Assembly: GCA_965153355.1 (NCBI GenBank)
Contig: OZ231126.1
Coordinates: 35,216,001 to 35,280,000 of the forward strand
DNA from: Flaccisagitta enflata
Lineage: Eukaryota
Direction of reading: 5' to 3'
Length of the DNA stretch: 64,000 bases
This document shows positions 12,716 to 26,800 of the stretch, one piece after another. Position 1 is the stretch's first letter, and each line of letters begins with the position of its first letter. Under the pieces are notes generated by a model. It had not been told where the DNA came from and searched no databases. It worked only from the letters and a program-made list of their open reading frames with translations. The translations under genes were made by a program, and so were the position numbers.

Positions 12716-15700
12716 CTACAAAAATGGTTTTAGATGTAAAGGAAAACCAAAGGCTGAATCTTTACGGAAATTGCGAGAGGAAAAACATCTTTTGCTAGTG
12801 AACAAACTAAGAATTCTTTTATTCACCATGGTAAGGTAAATAGTGCCTTGCACTCTTTTAAAGCCAAATTGTTTTACACGCTTGGGCATTTTTTCGGCCT
12901 TGGCTACATCAAGAAATGCTTTATAAGAAACACAGTTTTTTATTAAAACCCGTTTTAAACCTTTAGTTTTTGTCATGTAGGGTGTCTTTTGTTTGTTAAC
13001 TAGCTGATATTGTTTAACAGAAGCTCCAAGAAAAGCCTCCATAGGCTGATTTTTGCACTCGTCTTTTACATAAAATGATCTAGACCGTCTTAGAGTGGAC
13101 AGGGATTTGTAATTCTTGACTGTGTTTTGATCACTCGCAAATAATGTTTGATAGATATGCGAATCTTCAGTAATACAACTAAAATCTAACAAAGGAAGCA
13201 TTGAGCGCACATATGCCCTGGCCATATTTTTTGATGTTAACGACGAAACCGGCAACTGGCTTAGGCCATCAGCCTTAGCTTCATAAGCCTCATCTAGCTC
13301 TTTTGAAAATTTCCTTCTTATCAGGCTGAGGGACCAGGAGTCGGTGTCCGAAAAGAGCGCGCGACAATCATAGTTTCCAAAATACTTAAATCGGGCCGCT
13401 AATGTGTAAAAAAGGCGCCATAAATAACACTTCGAGCTTGAATAAGTAAGAGCTGAAATCGCAGGCACGTTTTTGCTTGTTATTGTCATCATGTCAAAAT
13501 TCAATATACACGCGTTTTCATTCAAAAAGGTGAAATCGTAGAAGTTATCCCTTGCGGTATATCTCTCAAAAGACCTGCGGTTTAAGCATAGTTTTGATTT
13601 GACAAGGTTGTCAAGACGAGTGTGACACTTCCCTGCAAGCGAGTTGCCACAACTTTTCAGATAACGCGTTATTATCGGCGACACACTTTTATTTTTTGCT
13701 TTTTCAAGCTTGAAAAGCCAATCTGAAAAAATGGGAAATGCCTTCGTCCTTACAATTTTAATCACTTTTCGAATTCTTATATTATGGAAACCTGAAACAT
13801 ACAACAAATTACTCGAAAAATCCGCTGTCCGTAAATTTTTTTTCAAACTCGAAATCAATTTTTCTGGTTCCCTTGACGGATCGCGGTGTAAGCGTTTCCC
13901 CCTTACCACTTGCTCCTTTGTTAGCTGGTCGAAACTTACAGTTTCGTAAAAGGGAAAGTTACTTATTTCAATATTCTGCTTCACAAAAAGAGCATCGTTA
14001 TCATGTGATAAAATAACGACAAAAAAAAAGAGATTATCGTGCAGATGAAGTTGCTCCGAAAAAAAATCAACATCAAGATTCATTAACCGCTGAGATAAAT
14101 CATGAAACTGCCCAGAATTTTTCTTTTTGGAAAAAAATACAAATTTTCCTACACTCATTCGCTGTTGGAGAATTGATGCATAAAGCCCATTGACGTCATG
14201 CAAAGTAAAAGCTTTTAAATAGTGTTTAGGCACTTCATTTGTTTTGTTAACCTCAAGATGTCTAAATGTGCAGTAATTAGAGTTTAAGAAGGAAAAGCCT
14301 CCTCTAAGACCCAGCCCATACAGATCGTGAATAAATTTAGATGGAATTTCAATTTCTAAGGGTCGCGACTTGTTAAATGGACTTCTGCTGTTAAACAACG
14401 CCGCTGAAAGCGCGAACGAGGCATTTGTTACATAAGAAAGTGGGGCCAAACCGCTTAAACTAAAAAAATAATTGAAATAGTAATTTAAACAATCACAAAG
14501 TATTGCAGAATCTAGACCACTGTACAAAACAAGCATAGAAAAATAGTTAGCTGCACCAATTTTTTTCCAGATTTCAAGAAAGTTGGTATAATCAGATTGC
14601 GAGACGCTGGCTTTACCACTGATATGATCGCCCTTTAGACGGCTGAAAAAATGCGTCTTTGGGGGAGGCTCGGTCATATTGAGCGCGTAGCGAAGATTAC
14701 AAAGTTTTTCAAATGGCTGTAAAAAAAAGGAAAAAATCGAAAATAGAAAAACCGATATTCGAAAACCGATATTCGAAAACCGATATTCGAAAACAGATAT
14801 TCGAAACGCGTTAGAACATATTAGAAACGCACCTGTGGGATTTTTTTTGCGATAACAGCCTCAAAAACATCATCCGAGTATTTGAGCTGTTTTGTAATCA
14901 ATTCATATGATCTTCCAAAAACAATTTTCATGTCCTGGCCTTTGTGAATGTTTCTGACATCTTGTATCATGTCGTCTAAAGAGGCTGAAATATGTAGGGC
15001 TGAATCAACAAATGTCAGTCGACGAAGATATGGGCATGAACGGGTGGCTTTATTTCTCATTACGCCAACTGTTTCCGTACACGAGTGAAACGGGCATGTA
15101 TTTATGCTTGGGCAGTTAAAGGAAACACTCAAACTGAGCAGTGTATTCTTGTCCTTATAGAGTACACGAGGCTCTCCCTTGATAATGGGCATTCTAACTA
15201 TTAGTCCATTTTTGTCCTCTTGTGTAAACATAGTGTGTCCAACACGTGCCAACATATCATGCAGGTAACAAAAATCATAATTTTTCCCATTATGAACGGC
15301 CACAAACAACTCACTACGGGGGATGAATCCATCACTTGTGCAATTGATATTGCAAAACTGGCATAGTGTAATTACGTCATGGTTTGATGCTTCTCCACCT
15401 AGGTAACCTTTCTTGGCCAGGTTTGGTAAGCGAATCACGTGATTGTGATGTCTACACTTAACAGCAATGATTGGCCGTTTTCGTACAAAAGTAGACATTC
15501 TCCGAGAAACTTTATTTGAGGGAAATGGAACCCCGTATCGTATTCCACAGAAACTACAGTTTGTTGATCGTTCAAACGCCAATCTATCAGCATCACATAA
15601 ATCGGCTAAGTCGGGTGGACCGGAATCATGGTTTAACGTGTCTCTTATAAAGTTGTAGACGTCAAAAAGTGCCTGTCTAAGTGTTTTTAGTAATTGGATG

Positions 15701-17382
15701 TAAAATTGATCAAGCGTGGCTTCTTCATCATTAAAAAATTTTATATGCGTTTTAGCCAAAGATGGCGGCAGTGTTAGGTCGTAGGGACTTACAAAGGCCA
15801 AAGAGTAGCCTAAAGGTTGCTGCTGAAAGACGCTATTATTTGGTACAGAATGGTCAATGTTTCCTAAGTCTATTTCTTTATTGCTCGCTTCAAAGTCGAG
15901 GCATGCGAAAAGCATTGTTTGGAACGTCTTTGGATAATCTCGGGGCTTGAATTTCAGTACGTTCTTCTGCGTTTTACCGGTGTGTTTATTGCAGACAGTA
16001 GGACGGTGAACAATATGATTACGTAACTTTCTAGGGCCAGTACTCCCGCCTGATCCAGAACACTGAGAAATATGCTTGCTCAGACTGGTCTGCTGAAAGA
16101 ACGCTTTGCAGCAGCCATGACAGGCGCGGAATTTGCCTGATTTCTTGGACGTAGTCCTTAATCGGGACACGATCGCATGGAAATTCAAAATTAATATTAC
16201 ATGATCAACAGATGTGTTCTTGGTCACGATATTGGAAATATCTAACAAATGAACTTGCAAAAAATTGTTTTGCTTCCAGTGTTCCGATAAGTAGGTGTTA
16301 ACAAGATGATAGCTTTTCGAAGCCTTGACCATTTTAAAAAGGCACAAAGAAAAACCATCAAAAGCCTTTAAGAATGGGTACTTGAATAGCAAGGATTTGT
16401 TGAATTTTAAGTTTAGCTGTTCCAAGATGCTTATGTCTGATTTAGAAATCCCGTGCTCCGGCCTGACAATCTCTTGGTATCTTAGATAGTGTAAAGCTTC
16501 AGCCATGTCCTTAGTACTAATTTTATCAAGATTGTTATGTTTTATATGTTCTAATTTGAGTGCGATGCACGCAGGAATGCATATATTCAAGGCTTGTAAG
16601 GACGGATCTAAAAACCGCTCCGGAAACGCGGTTATTCGTCTGCAAATCTTCTTAGGAATCTCCATCAAATCATAGCTGCACTGATTGAAAGTCCTCGCGT
16701 AAGCGGCAATGATAGGCTCCCTCTCAATTTTTACAATATTAATCTGCCTGATATTATCGAAGATCCACCCACTCTCTCTTTTGTTCATTACTGCCTCCAC
16801 ATCGTCGAGAAACAATCGCGTGAAATGAAGTAACATCTCATCCGCTAGACCCTGACGGTACTCTTGATCCAATCTTTCCACAAGGAGCCAGCGTTCGTTT
16901 CTGTACCCGGACATAATGGTTATATGGTCAGTCGGGTCGGTCAGTTTGACAAACTGGATTTCGGCGTTAATGAAACAGATATATTCGTGGTCGGGCTGGA
17001 GTAAATGAAGAAGCCTCGGCCTCAAATAAAAGTTAGAATATATATAAATTTCCACTTCCGGAAGAAAACTTTTCCAGAGCTCTGATTGTGCTCGGACAAA
17101 AACGGTTTTTGAAGACACACCTAAGAGACAAAAGAAGATAAGAGAGACAATAAGAGACAAGACAAGAGAGCGGCATAAGACAAGACAAGATAAGACAAGA
17201 AGAGACAAGACAAGACAAAGAGACAAAATTTATAACTTCTCTGATACGTTTACATATTAATACTCACCACCATAAAAGCAATCAGTCACGTAACTAGACA
17301 CGCGCAACGTGTCCTCATCCAAGGCATCCAGGTCATTTTCATCAAACATTTTGTTCTCCAAGCAATCACCATACCACAACAT
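12716..17382 (-). CDS. Protein-primed family B DNA polymerase (Maverick pPolB), 3 exons, about 1467 aa
   Basis: Exons 17382-17268, 17120-14833 and 14716-12716. Motifs: ESGW; OTU-like NICIPAC...DHVIL; C2HC finger CHGC...HISQC; ExoI LDFEA; HNH/EndoVII-like insert CSFC...HHNH...CQFCN; ExoII HNGKNYD; FVDS; KKIPQPFE...EPPPKTHFFSRL across intron 2; ExoIII YSGLD; pol motif A DVNGLY, motif B KSCGNSLAGK, motif C SDTDS. Confidence 0.93.
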
Positions 17383-17858
17383 AGAAAGTCAAACGAAAGG
17401 TTTTTTTTTCTTTTTTTTACGTTTCATTTTTGCAGGTTTCAAAATAAGGGTACTCCTATGTGGGATTGATAGACAGAGATATGTATATATATATATATAT
17501 ATACGCGAGCACACAACATAAAATCAAATGACGTGAAAACCAATACACAGCGCACATTATCAGCAGCATAGGCTCATACATAAGCACACACATTCAAAGC
17601 AAGACAACAACATTTACAAGCACACACATTCAAAAGCAAGACAATAATACTTCCAATGTCCCAATGATAACGTGATAAAAGCAAAAAAAAAAAAGGGGGA
17701 TAAATGTAGATATATATATATATATGGATATCAACTACGTAGGCTGTGGTGTAGAAGCAATAGAGTGCCGTCAAAATATACTTAGAAGCATCTTGATAAG
17801 CAGTAAATCCTTATGTCGGAAACAGGAGGCCTGAATGACAACAAGACAGTAATTACAT

Positions 17859-18516
17859 TTATTTATGTTTCTTTTTATTCTTGCCAGCGGGTATCATCTT
17901 TGATTTTTTAGCGGGCGAGGAAGAATGGGGTGATGAAGAGGCCGAGGGAGAAGAAGAAGAAGAAGAAGAAGAAGAAGAAGAAGAAGAAGAAGAAGAAGAA
18001 GAAGAAGGAAGTATGATTCTTCTTCTTGGCTTAGGTGTTGCTTTCTTTGGGCATTTCGCCTTTTTAGGGTATTTGGATGTATTTTTTGATCTATGTTTTC
18101 CTAATGACGAACCTCCTGATGCATCATCCTGGTCGCTGTGCCTGAGAATAACAGAGGATGAGTTAGATAATCGCTTTAAGGTTGGCGTTTCCTCTGCTTC
18201 CTCATCTGATGAATTAGGGGATGAATTATCGTCGGAAGATGAGCGGTTTTTTTTCGCCAATCGAAGCTTTACCTTGCTGGCTTTTCCGGTCCCACCGCCG
18301 GTGCTTGCATTTCTCAGACTACGCATTTCGCCCATATCGCGTTGCATTTCGTCATCTGTTTCATTTCCGTCATCATCATCGTCGCCATCATCATCATCTT
18401 CATCCTCAGCATCATCATTATCATCATCATCCGCATCATTACCATCATCATCATCACCATCATCATCATCACCATCATCGTCATCACCATCACCATCATC
18501 ATCACCACCATCATCC

Positions 18517-18549
<33 letters not shown>

Positions 18550-20765
18550 CCGTCATCATCATCGTCATCACCGTCGTCATCATTTTCGTCGTCGTCATTT
18601 TCTGCTTCCTCGTTATTCCCTTCCTCCTCATCATCATCATTTTCATCCCCTTCCTCATCTTCGTCGTCTTGGTCAGCTTCATCCTCATCACTGTCGTCGT
18701 TTTCATCGTTGTTGTCGTCGTTTTCATCGTCGACCTGTTTCTTCTGAGCCTTCACCGACTTTACATCACTTTTCCCTCCCACTTTTTTGCTGCGTCGTTC
18801 CTTCCCACCAGCGAATTCTTTCTCCACGCGAATATCCGGTTCATTATCCTCGGTTTCGCCATCTTCATCATCATCATCAACGTCGTCGGGGTTCGCCTCT
18901 TCGGCCTCACGCAGCAGAAATTGGACTGCCGAGCTGCTTTTTTTACCTTTTTTTCTCGTTTTTTGCTGTTCCTCATGTTTCGACGAGGAAGATTTCTTTT
19001 TTGCGTTTTTAGATGGCTCGTTAGAAACCTTGGCGTCATTTTCCGCTTTTTTCCTTGAATTCATCTCTTCAGAAATAAACTTGTTACTGTCATGCGCATC
19101 AGAAGGTAAAGAATTCCTAGATGTTTTAAGCATATATTTCTTATTTCGTTTAAACACAAATCTTTCAAAATTCTTACTACAAATCTTACCATCCTCAGCA
19201 GTCTGTTTTGCTTCTTTCCCAACACTACAGCCTACCCCTTCCCCCATGTTGTCCTCGTCCTCGGCCTTTAGTTTACTCAAAAATTTTGCGGTTTGGGAAC
19301 ATGCGTGTGTTTGCTCATTCTCTAAAGAAAGTTTTTTGGTGTAAGAACAGGAAAAAAAATCAGGGACAATCCGATGACCATAAAAAGCACAGGCGCTTAG
19401 GGTTCGGGCAGTGCATACTGAAATGTGTCTCTCCATGGATATTTTTGAATTAAAAAGAAACCCACAAACATGGCATTTACATAAAAACATTTGGTCGGCC
19501 AGCTTAAGGTCTAAAGAATGTTCCGTTTGTATAACATACTCACGGACATCTTTATAAAGACCTAATAAAAGATCGCTTTCCCCGTGAAGCAGGAAGTGGT
19601 GAATTTTCAAACACGAAATACAACAAGAAAAACTGTAAAACCTATAATCGTTTTTCCCTTCTGCAACCAACTTCTTACAAGTGGGGCAAGCGATTACATA
19701 GGAATGGCCGGCCTTGTTGTGGGGGGCTGATCTGTCCGTATGGTACGCGATGTAATGCCGATAAACTTCTTCTGGATTTGTTCTGACCAAAATCCTATGA
19801 ATATTAACATCTCCATGCAACGGATCTAAAAACACGTCCCTCTTTGTACCTTTCTTGGTCCTAGGGACATATGGGGGACAAATCATGCAATTGAGGAAGA
19901 CTGGGGAGTTGCCAGATACAGGGACATCCAACTCCAACGCTTCTTTAGAGGATAAATATTTTTTCATTTTAGTTATTTCTCTTTCAGGGAAGTTTGTGAT
20001 GATACAGTGCGCTGCATTTTCCTTGGCCGCATACTGCCCCAACGATAAAGTAGGAATTTTTTTTTCGTTCAAAAGGTAATTCATGTTTTTTATTACTCTT
20101 ATTCTCTGCTCTTTTAGTCTCCCCAGTTTTGACTGAGCCAATTCAGAAAATGGCGATGTAGTAGGCAACGGCGTGTTTGTGTATGAAGTCGCTTCATCTC
20201 TAAGACTTTCCAGAGGGCTCGGATCGAGTAAATTATCTACTTTGTTTATAAGAGCTAAAAGAAACAAAGGAGTAAGTTTCAAGTTACGGGATTTGTCGCT
20301 ATTCAAAACATCCTTACTGTTAAGGAAACAATTTAAAGTGTCCCCATCTGGAAAGCCTAAAGATTGAGCTTTTATGTCTGTTTTTTTTTGTTTTAAATTC
20401 CCCAAAAAGTTGACATCGGAAGAGGGGCTCAAACTAGGAAGATTAGCCAGAATCACTTCATGTGGAATACGATCCCGTAAACAGGAAAAGATTTTTGTCT
20501 TTAAACTGTTAGGAGCGTCACTGTCACTAGGACAACCCTCCCCATATTTAACATAATCCTGAGCCAAACTCAGCCCGATTTCCGCTGCCGGAGAAAGAGA
20601 AGCTTCTGAGGGACTAAGTATAAATCCCTCGGTTTGATTCCTCCCGTTGTTGACAATCATATTATCTATTTTTTGTAAAAAATTTTTTAGGTTAGTATTG
20701 GATATCAAACTATCGGAATACTCCTTAAAGGAAATGTGGTTCTCCTCAGTAAATAAGCCCTGCAT
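17859..20765 (-). CDS. About 968-aa zinc-finger-like protein with a very long Asp/Glu tract and basic Ser-rich tail
   Basis: Uninterrupted ORF with CMIC...HYIAYH, CPTC...CCISC...HHFLLH and CHVCGFLF...HISVC clusters, about 170 aa of D/E-rich sequence and K-rich NLS-like C-terminus. Acceptor ttcag immediately upstream of the ATG. Confidence 0.75.
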
Positions 20766-21137
20766 TCTGAACATAAAACACGCGCGAATGCATAGAAAAA
20801 GAGAATGAAAACGAAAAAGGAGTAGGGATGAAAATGAAAAAGAAAATGAAAATGAAAATGAAAATGAGGAAGGAAGCTAAGGACGAGAGGAAAGGGTGGA
20901 GGAGGAAGAAAAAAAAAGGGGGGGGGGGAGGAAGGACAGAGGATGATTTGAAAACTCTCACACATCACTTAGACACTAGATCAGCGCTTTCTGACACTCG
21001 ATCTCGTTACCCCAACCCACCCCTGCATAATTTGCCACCTACCATTTACAGTTGATGCGCCGATTCTCTGGTTCTGTAGATGCGCACGATCGTCGTGCGT
21101 GGTTTTAAAGCGCTGTCACTCTTTATCACGACGCGAA

Positions 21138-21922
21138 ATGGATAACGAAGAGGACCAGGATCTCGTCCGTTGGTACCTTAAGTTGCAAGAGAAGTCAACA
21201 AGAGAAGCTATAAATTCCGAGGAGTATGGATTGACCAGCCACGAGAGGTCGTTTTTTAGAAAGCTATGCGGCTACGAGGGAAGGCAGCCTCATAAAACTA
21301 TAAGTTCTGCTGGTTGGTATACCAGGGAAGCTTTAAAATTGGAAAGTGAAATACAATCAAACAAAGACAACACGCAAAAGGAGGACGTTCTAGGAGAAAG
21401 AATGAATGAGCAGGGTCAAATACCATCCATTTTTACACAGGTTTGCAATGAGAGTACCTTTTGGATCTTGTCGGGCTGATTGGTTGTTGGATTGTCGGGC
21501 TGATTGGTTGTTGGGCGAGGGCTTCTGTTTTTGTTTTATTTTTTGTTTTTTGTTCCGGCACGCGAAAGTTTGTTTGTTTGTTTGTTTGATTTCTTAATTG
21601 TTAATTGTTCGCGTTTTTATTTGTCTGTTTAATGTTTCTATTTGTTGGTTTTTTTTTTCCTCACGCGAGGATACAAGAAAAAGCATCTATAATCATTTAT
21701 CTGCCAGAGGAAAAGAAAGATCGTGAAACAAAAACAATAAGAAATCGTTCTTATTTTTATAATCAGGATGAAGCAAGGACAATTCTAGAAAAAGCAAAAC
21801 ATCTTAATAATGACGCCGAGGTGGCCCTGCTTAGAATGGCCAGCAAATTTGATCGAATTTTTCAATGCGAGCTGGCAATTACACCGAAATCTAATGTATC
21901 TCACTACCTACTCGGCCCGTGA
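21138..21922 (+). CDS. Hypothetical protein, probably two exons (about 21138-21440 and 21670-21922)
   Basis: Two protein-like open frames separated by a T-rich intron-like spacer; exact junction not resolved. Confidence 0.45.
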
Positions 21923-22184
21923 GTATTATCTAGCAAAAGACTAAATCGAATTCTGGCTTTCTTTTTTTTAACGGGCAAATGTTGTTTCAGTTTTCATACG
22001 TATGAGCGTTAAAAAGAAATTTTAAGTTTCTGCCCCGTGTGCATGCAAACGTGTGTGTAAACATACATGTAAATATACACATATATCTATATATATAAAA
22101 AAGCGGCTTAAAGCAAATTTAAGTTTCAGGATATAGGGATATAAGCGTTCTTTCTTGCAATGTAACTACAGGATAAAAAGGACA

Positions 22185-22525
22185 GTCAAGGCGGCTTATA
22201 AAAGCTTAAAGACATAAGCCAAGCTCTTGTCAAAATCTATAGAAAGCGGCGGCTTATAAAAGCTTAAAGACATAAGCCAAGCTCTTGTCAAAATCTATAG
22301 AAAGCGTTTCCTCTTGAGACGTTTAATGAAAAAAGCTGTGGTACGCGGGAATCTATAAGAACCAGTCAAGCCGGGTTACAGACGTAAGCCAAGCTCTCGT
22401 CAAAATCTACAAAAGTGTTTCCTCTTAAAACATTCAAACGATAAGCAGTCAAGCCGAATTACAAAAGCTTTAACATGTAATCCAAGCTCTCGTCAAAATC
22501 TATTAAAGCGTTTCCTCTTGAGATA
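22185..22525 (+). repeat. Degenerate tandem repeat (core aagccaagctc.tgtcaaaatcta, 4 copies)
   Basis: Core at about 22216, 22274, 22386 and 22479 in a non-coding interval between convergent genes. Confidence 0.75.
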
Positions 22526-23228
22526 TTCAAATGATATGCACGAATCTATAAGAATCTACCAGTAAATCATTCTTTCGCCATTCCTTCACCTCTAAATATG
22601 CGAGACTGTAACCTGATGACCATTTGTTGATCATTCTTTCACCGCGATTTATTTGTAACTCTAACCCGTTTTGTCCTTTTTTTTATATTGCATCAAACAT
22701 AACCATGGTTATCACATAAGAAAAAAAGATCTTTTTGACTCATGTACCATTGAACTGCGTATGTAAAAGTAGCACAAAGACATTTGGTTAATGACAAAAA
22801 GCCAACCAACATTGCTGTCAATGTCAGTTTTGAAAGAAGAGTAGTAGTAGTAATAGTCGAGTAGTTAATATTGTCCATCTTTCATATATAGGGTAATCAC
22901 AACCTTAATGATAATTGTTAGTACTACTTCTGTACATAACGAATGATATCATTTATGTATACAATTTATAGTACAACGTAATACAAGGTAAATACATAAT
23001 ACTACGTACTACTTCGTACTAGGTAATTACAAAATACAACGTAACACTACTTTTGAATAGCACCAATGATACCATTTATGTAAAGAATCAAGTACTATTT
23101 ATTACATTTTATATTAGCATTCAAAGATCTACGGGGCCTTATAAGGGCCCCCTAGAGAGTGTTTTTTTTTTACACACTACGTACAATGGTACTGTTAAGA
23201 AACAAAAGAAATTGCCTTCACACACACA

Positions 23229-23335
<107 letters not shown>

Positions 23336-23388
23336 TAGACGCCGCCGCCTCTTCCTATGTACACGTTGACGCGACAAATAAAGTTCCG

Positions 23389-23772
23389 CTAACCAGTTTT
23401 ATCCTCTTCCGGTGGGGGCGGTGAAACGCAAACATTTGGACACACATGTGAAGAGGCGCGTTTGAGGGTAGCGGCGGAGGCGCACGAAGCGGCGGAGGCG
23501 CTCGAAGTTACCATGGGAGGCATGCGATGACAACCGATTTTTGCATGCAGCGGATGCAGCGGTATGGGTCGTAATATCGCAGCGGGTGCATCGTGGGAAC
23601 TTTCGTTGGATTGTGGTTGCTGTTGCTGTTGTTGCTGTTGTTGCTGAAGATAGATTTGGATCTCCTCTCGGCGTTGTGGATTCGATTGCGGTTGACGCTC
23701 TTGTTGTTGTTGTTGTTGTTCTTGTTCTTGTTCTTGTTCTTGTTCTTGTTGTTGTTCTTGTTGTTCTTGTTC

Positions 23773-23861
<89 letters not shown>

Positions 23862-26800
23862 CTTGTTGTTGTTGTGGGGGCGTTAAATTATCCGTCGAAG
23901 GCGGACGCAGCTGCTCAAGCAGCGCGAAAGCATCCGCGCATTGTTTATGTTGTTGCAGTAGATGCTTATTTTCTCTTTTTTCCTCTTTCTCTTTTTTTCT
24001 CTTTTCTTTGTACCGAAGCATTTTTTGTTCAAAACGCATTTGGGCTTTTTCTTCCTTCAATTTTTCGTCTTCTTTTTTTTTCTTTTCAAAAAGTATTTGG
24101 TCTTCTTTTTCCTTCATTTTTTCATGTTCTTTTTGCTTTACAAAGTCCATGTAGACCGCCGGAAATCCGGCGCTGTGGTCGATTGTCGAAGAAAGCGTTA
24201 TCTCGTTGTCACTCATGAAAGTGGCAAGGTGGGCGCCGTGCCGGTCGGAAAGAGATAAATTCGTTAATGAGGAAATCGGCGATGATTTCGCCGGCGTCAA
24301 CGACGGTGTAGACGTATATGGATACGCGAATGTATGCGATGAGCGGGAAGCGGCTGATGTTATTGCTGCTGTTGGCGCTGCTGCTGTTGCAGTGAATGAT
24401 GAAGTTTGCTGCTGATCAGGGCATATCGATGATCTGAAGAAAAAAATGATAAATAAGCGAAAGAGATGGTGGATAAGCGAGACAAATGAGACGAGTGGGA
24501 CAGATGGAACAAGCGAGAAAAAGAATGGGACAAGCGAGACAAGCGAGACAAGCGAGACAAAGAAAAAAAGATTTTGTTGCCCCGTCAGTCTGTTAGTCAA
24601 GGTGTGTAAAGAGAGAAAAGAATGAAATTACCCGATTTGCTGGAGTTGCTGCAGTTGCTGCTGTTGCTGCTGTTGCTGTTGATGCGGGTCCTGCAAGTCA
24701 TGCCCTGGTCGCTGCTGCGGCTTCGGTGGAGGCGTTGGTTTTGGCGTCATTGGCGTTGGTTGTATTTGTTGTTGCAATTGCTGTTGCAGTTGCCGTGGTT
24801 GCGGCTGCGGTTGCGGAAGAGATGTTGGTGTTGGTGTCGACGCCGCCGCTTGCTGTTCTTTCACTCTCTCCCAGTCCCAATTTATCCTTCGACGTGGTGG
24901 CTGCGGTTGCGGCAGGAATGTCGATGTTGGCGTTGTGGGCGCTTGATTGGTCGGCATCGGCGTTTCCGGCAGAAGGGATAATGGTAACGAGCCGAGTATG
25001 GATGGAAGCGTTGGGTAAAGGAGATTATAGTAATACGGAAATAGAGCCGAGTATGAATTCTCGGTTGATGGAAAAGGATAAGATGCTGATGTTGAGGCTG
25101 TTGTTGAGGAGGCCGTTATCGAGATTGTTACCGAGGCGGTTGTAGAGGTTGTCGTCCTTGAAATATAAGGATATGATGCATACGGATTAGGCGGAATCGC
25201 GTTTGTAGTCGCAAAGGAGAAATTGGTAGGAGGAGGAGGAGGAGGAGGAGGAGACGGTGAAGATGAAGAGGATGAAGAAGACGCGGAAAGAGAGAGATGG
25301 GATGTAGTCAAGTCGGTGGGGTATTGTATAAAGGAAGGACCAGAGGGGAAAGAAGAATGGATAGGAGGAGCGTGCAACAGATTCCCTGCGGTAGGAGGAG
25401 TAGAATGGATAAGAGAAGAGATAGGAGGAGCTGTGGGGATAGGAAGAGAATAAGGGGGCGTGTGTCTAGGGATGAGGTGTGAGGGATAAGGAGAAGGACA
25501 AGGAGGAAAGGACACCCGTGACGAAGATTGAATTGTAGAGGAAGGACGTGGTGGAGGAAGGCGCAGTAAAGGCTGCTGAGTGGAGGAAGGACGTTGAGGA
25601 GGAGGAGGAGGGGTAACTGAAGGAGGGTTGTTGGGTATCGCGTAATGAGATTCCAATGAGGAGGAAGGTAGTGGGGGAAGAGGAAGAAGAGGATGAGGAG
25701 GAGGAGGAAGTTGATGACGATCGTCGGGTAGCGGAGGAGCCGGAGGAAGAGGGGGAGGAGGATGAGGAGGAGGAGATGTGTAAGTGTTTGTTTTTGGTGG
25801 AAGAGGAGGAGGATGAAGAGGATGACGTGGGTGAGAAGAGGCGGCGTTATTGGCCGGCACGTAAGCGGGATTGTCAATCATCGGTGGTGAAACGGGAGCG
25901 GATTCTCTTGGCGAGAGGTTTGGCGCGAAAACAAGATTATCCGGTGTCATTGGTTCATCAATGACACTCGCCTCTCCACAGACGTCAATGAGCGGAGAGC
26001 CTAAGGGGATAGATGTCGCGTCTGGGCCCTTCCGTATCCTTTTTTCAAGTTCGTCCACTGTGCCGCAGGTCCTCCGCGCAATAGTTTCGACCGTTTCCAC
26101 CCATCCAGAAGGAGCATGGAAACGAGCCAAATTGATGATTGAATTTAAATCCTCTTTGGCGCTGGCTGATAAGCATAGTATATCGGAATTGTGGGCTTTG
26201 ACTTTGGGATCGTCCCATTTCCCCCTCTCGCTTGCTGGAGATAAATATCCTGGAGATAAATATCGGGTCCCGACATCCACTTCCGCTTCCACTGAAACCG
26301 GTGGTGAGGTTGGGCATTCCCGAGTCGGAGATGGAGCGCGAAGAAAATACCGAGTCGGAGACGGAGCGCGAAGAAAATAGAGGTTTTTTGGGGTTGTTGT
26401 ACCAGCGCTTAAATCTATTGGAACGGGAGACGAAGGCAGTTCGGAAACGGGAGAAAGATGAGGCGGTTGAAGATGAGGCGATTGAAGATGAGGCGGTTGA
26501 AGGTGAAGAGAGGACGCGGCGGGAGAAAGAGAAGGCGGTGGAGGGCAAAGGGGGGATGAAGAGGAGTCGGGTGTTGTCGCTGGCGGATCGGCGACGAGGC
26601 TTGTGTTGCATCCCATCGCCGAAGTTGCTTGTAGAAGTTGCTGTTGAAGCTGTTGAAGCTGTTGAAGTTGCTGTTGCTTGTAGAAGTTGCTGTTGAAGCT
26701 GTTGAAGTTGCTGTTGCTTGTAAAAGTTGCTGTTGTTGCTGTTGCCGCTGTTGTTGTTGAGGCTGTGGTGGCGGTTGTTTGGTCGTGTGGCAACGAAGAT

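Noticed and set aside
17881-19344. Poly-His, poly-Ile, poly-Ser and poly-Met ORFs
   Set aside because: Alternative frames of the (GAT)n acidic tract.
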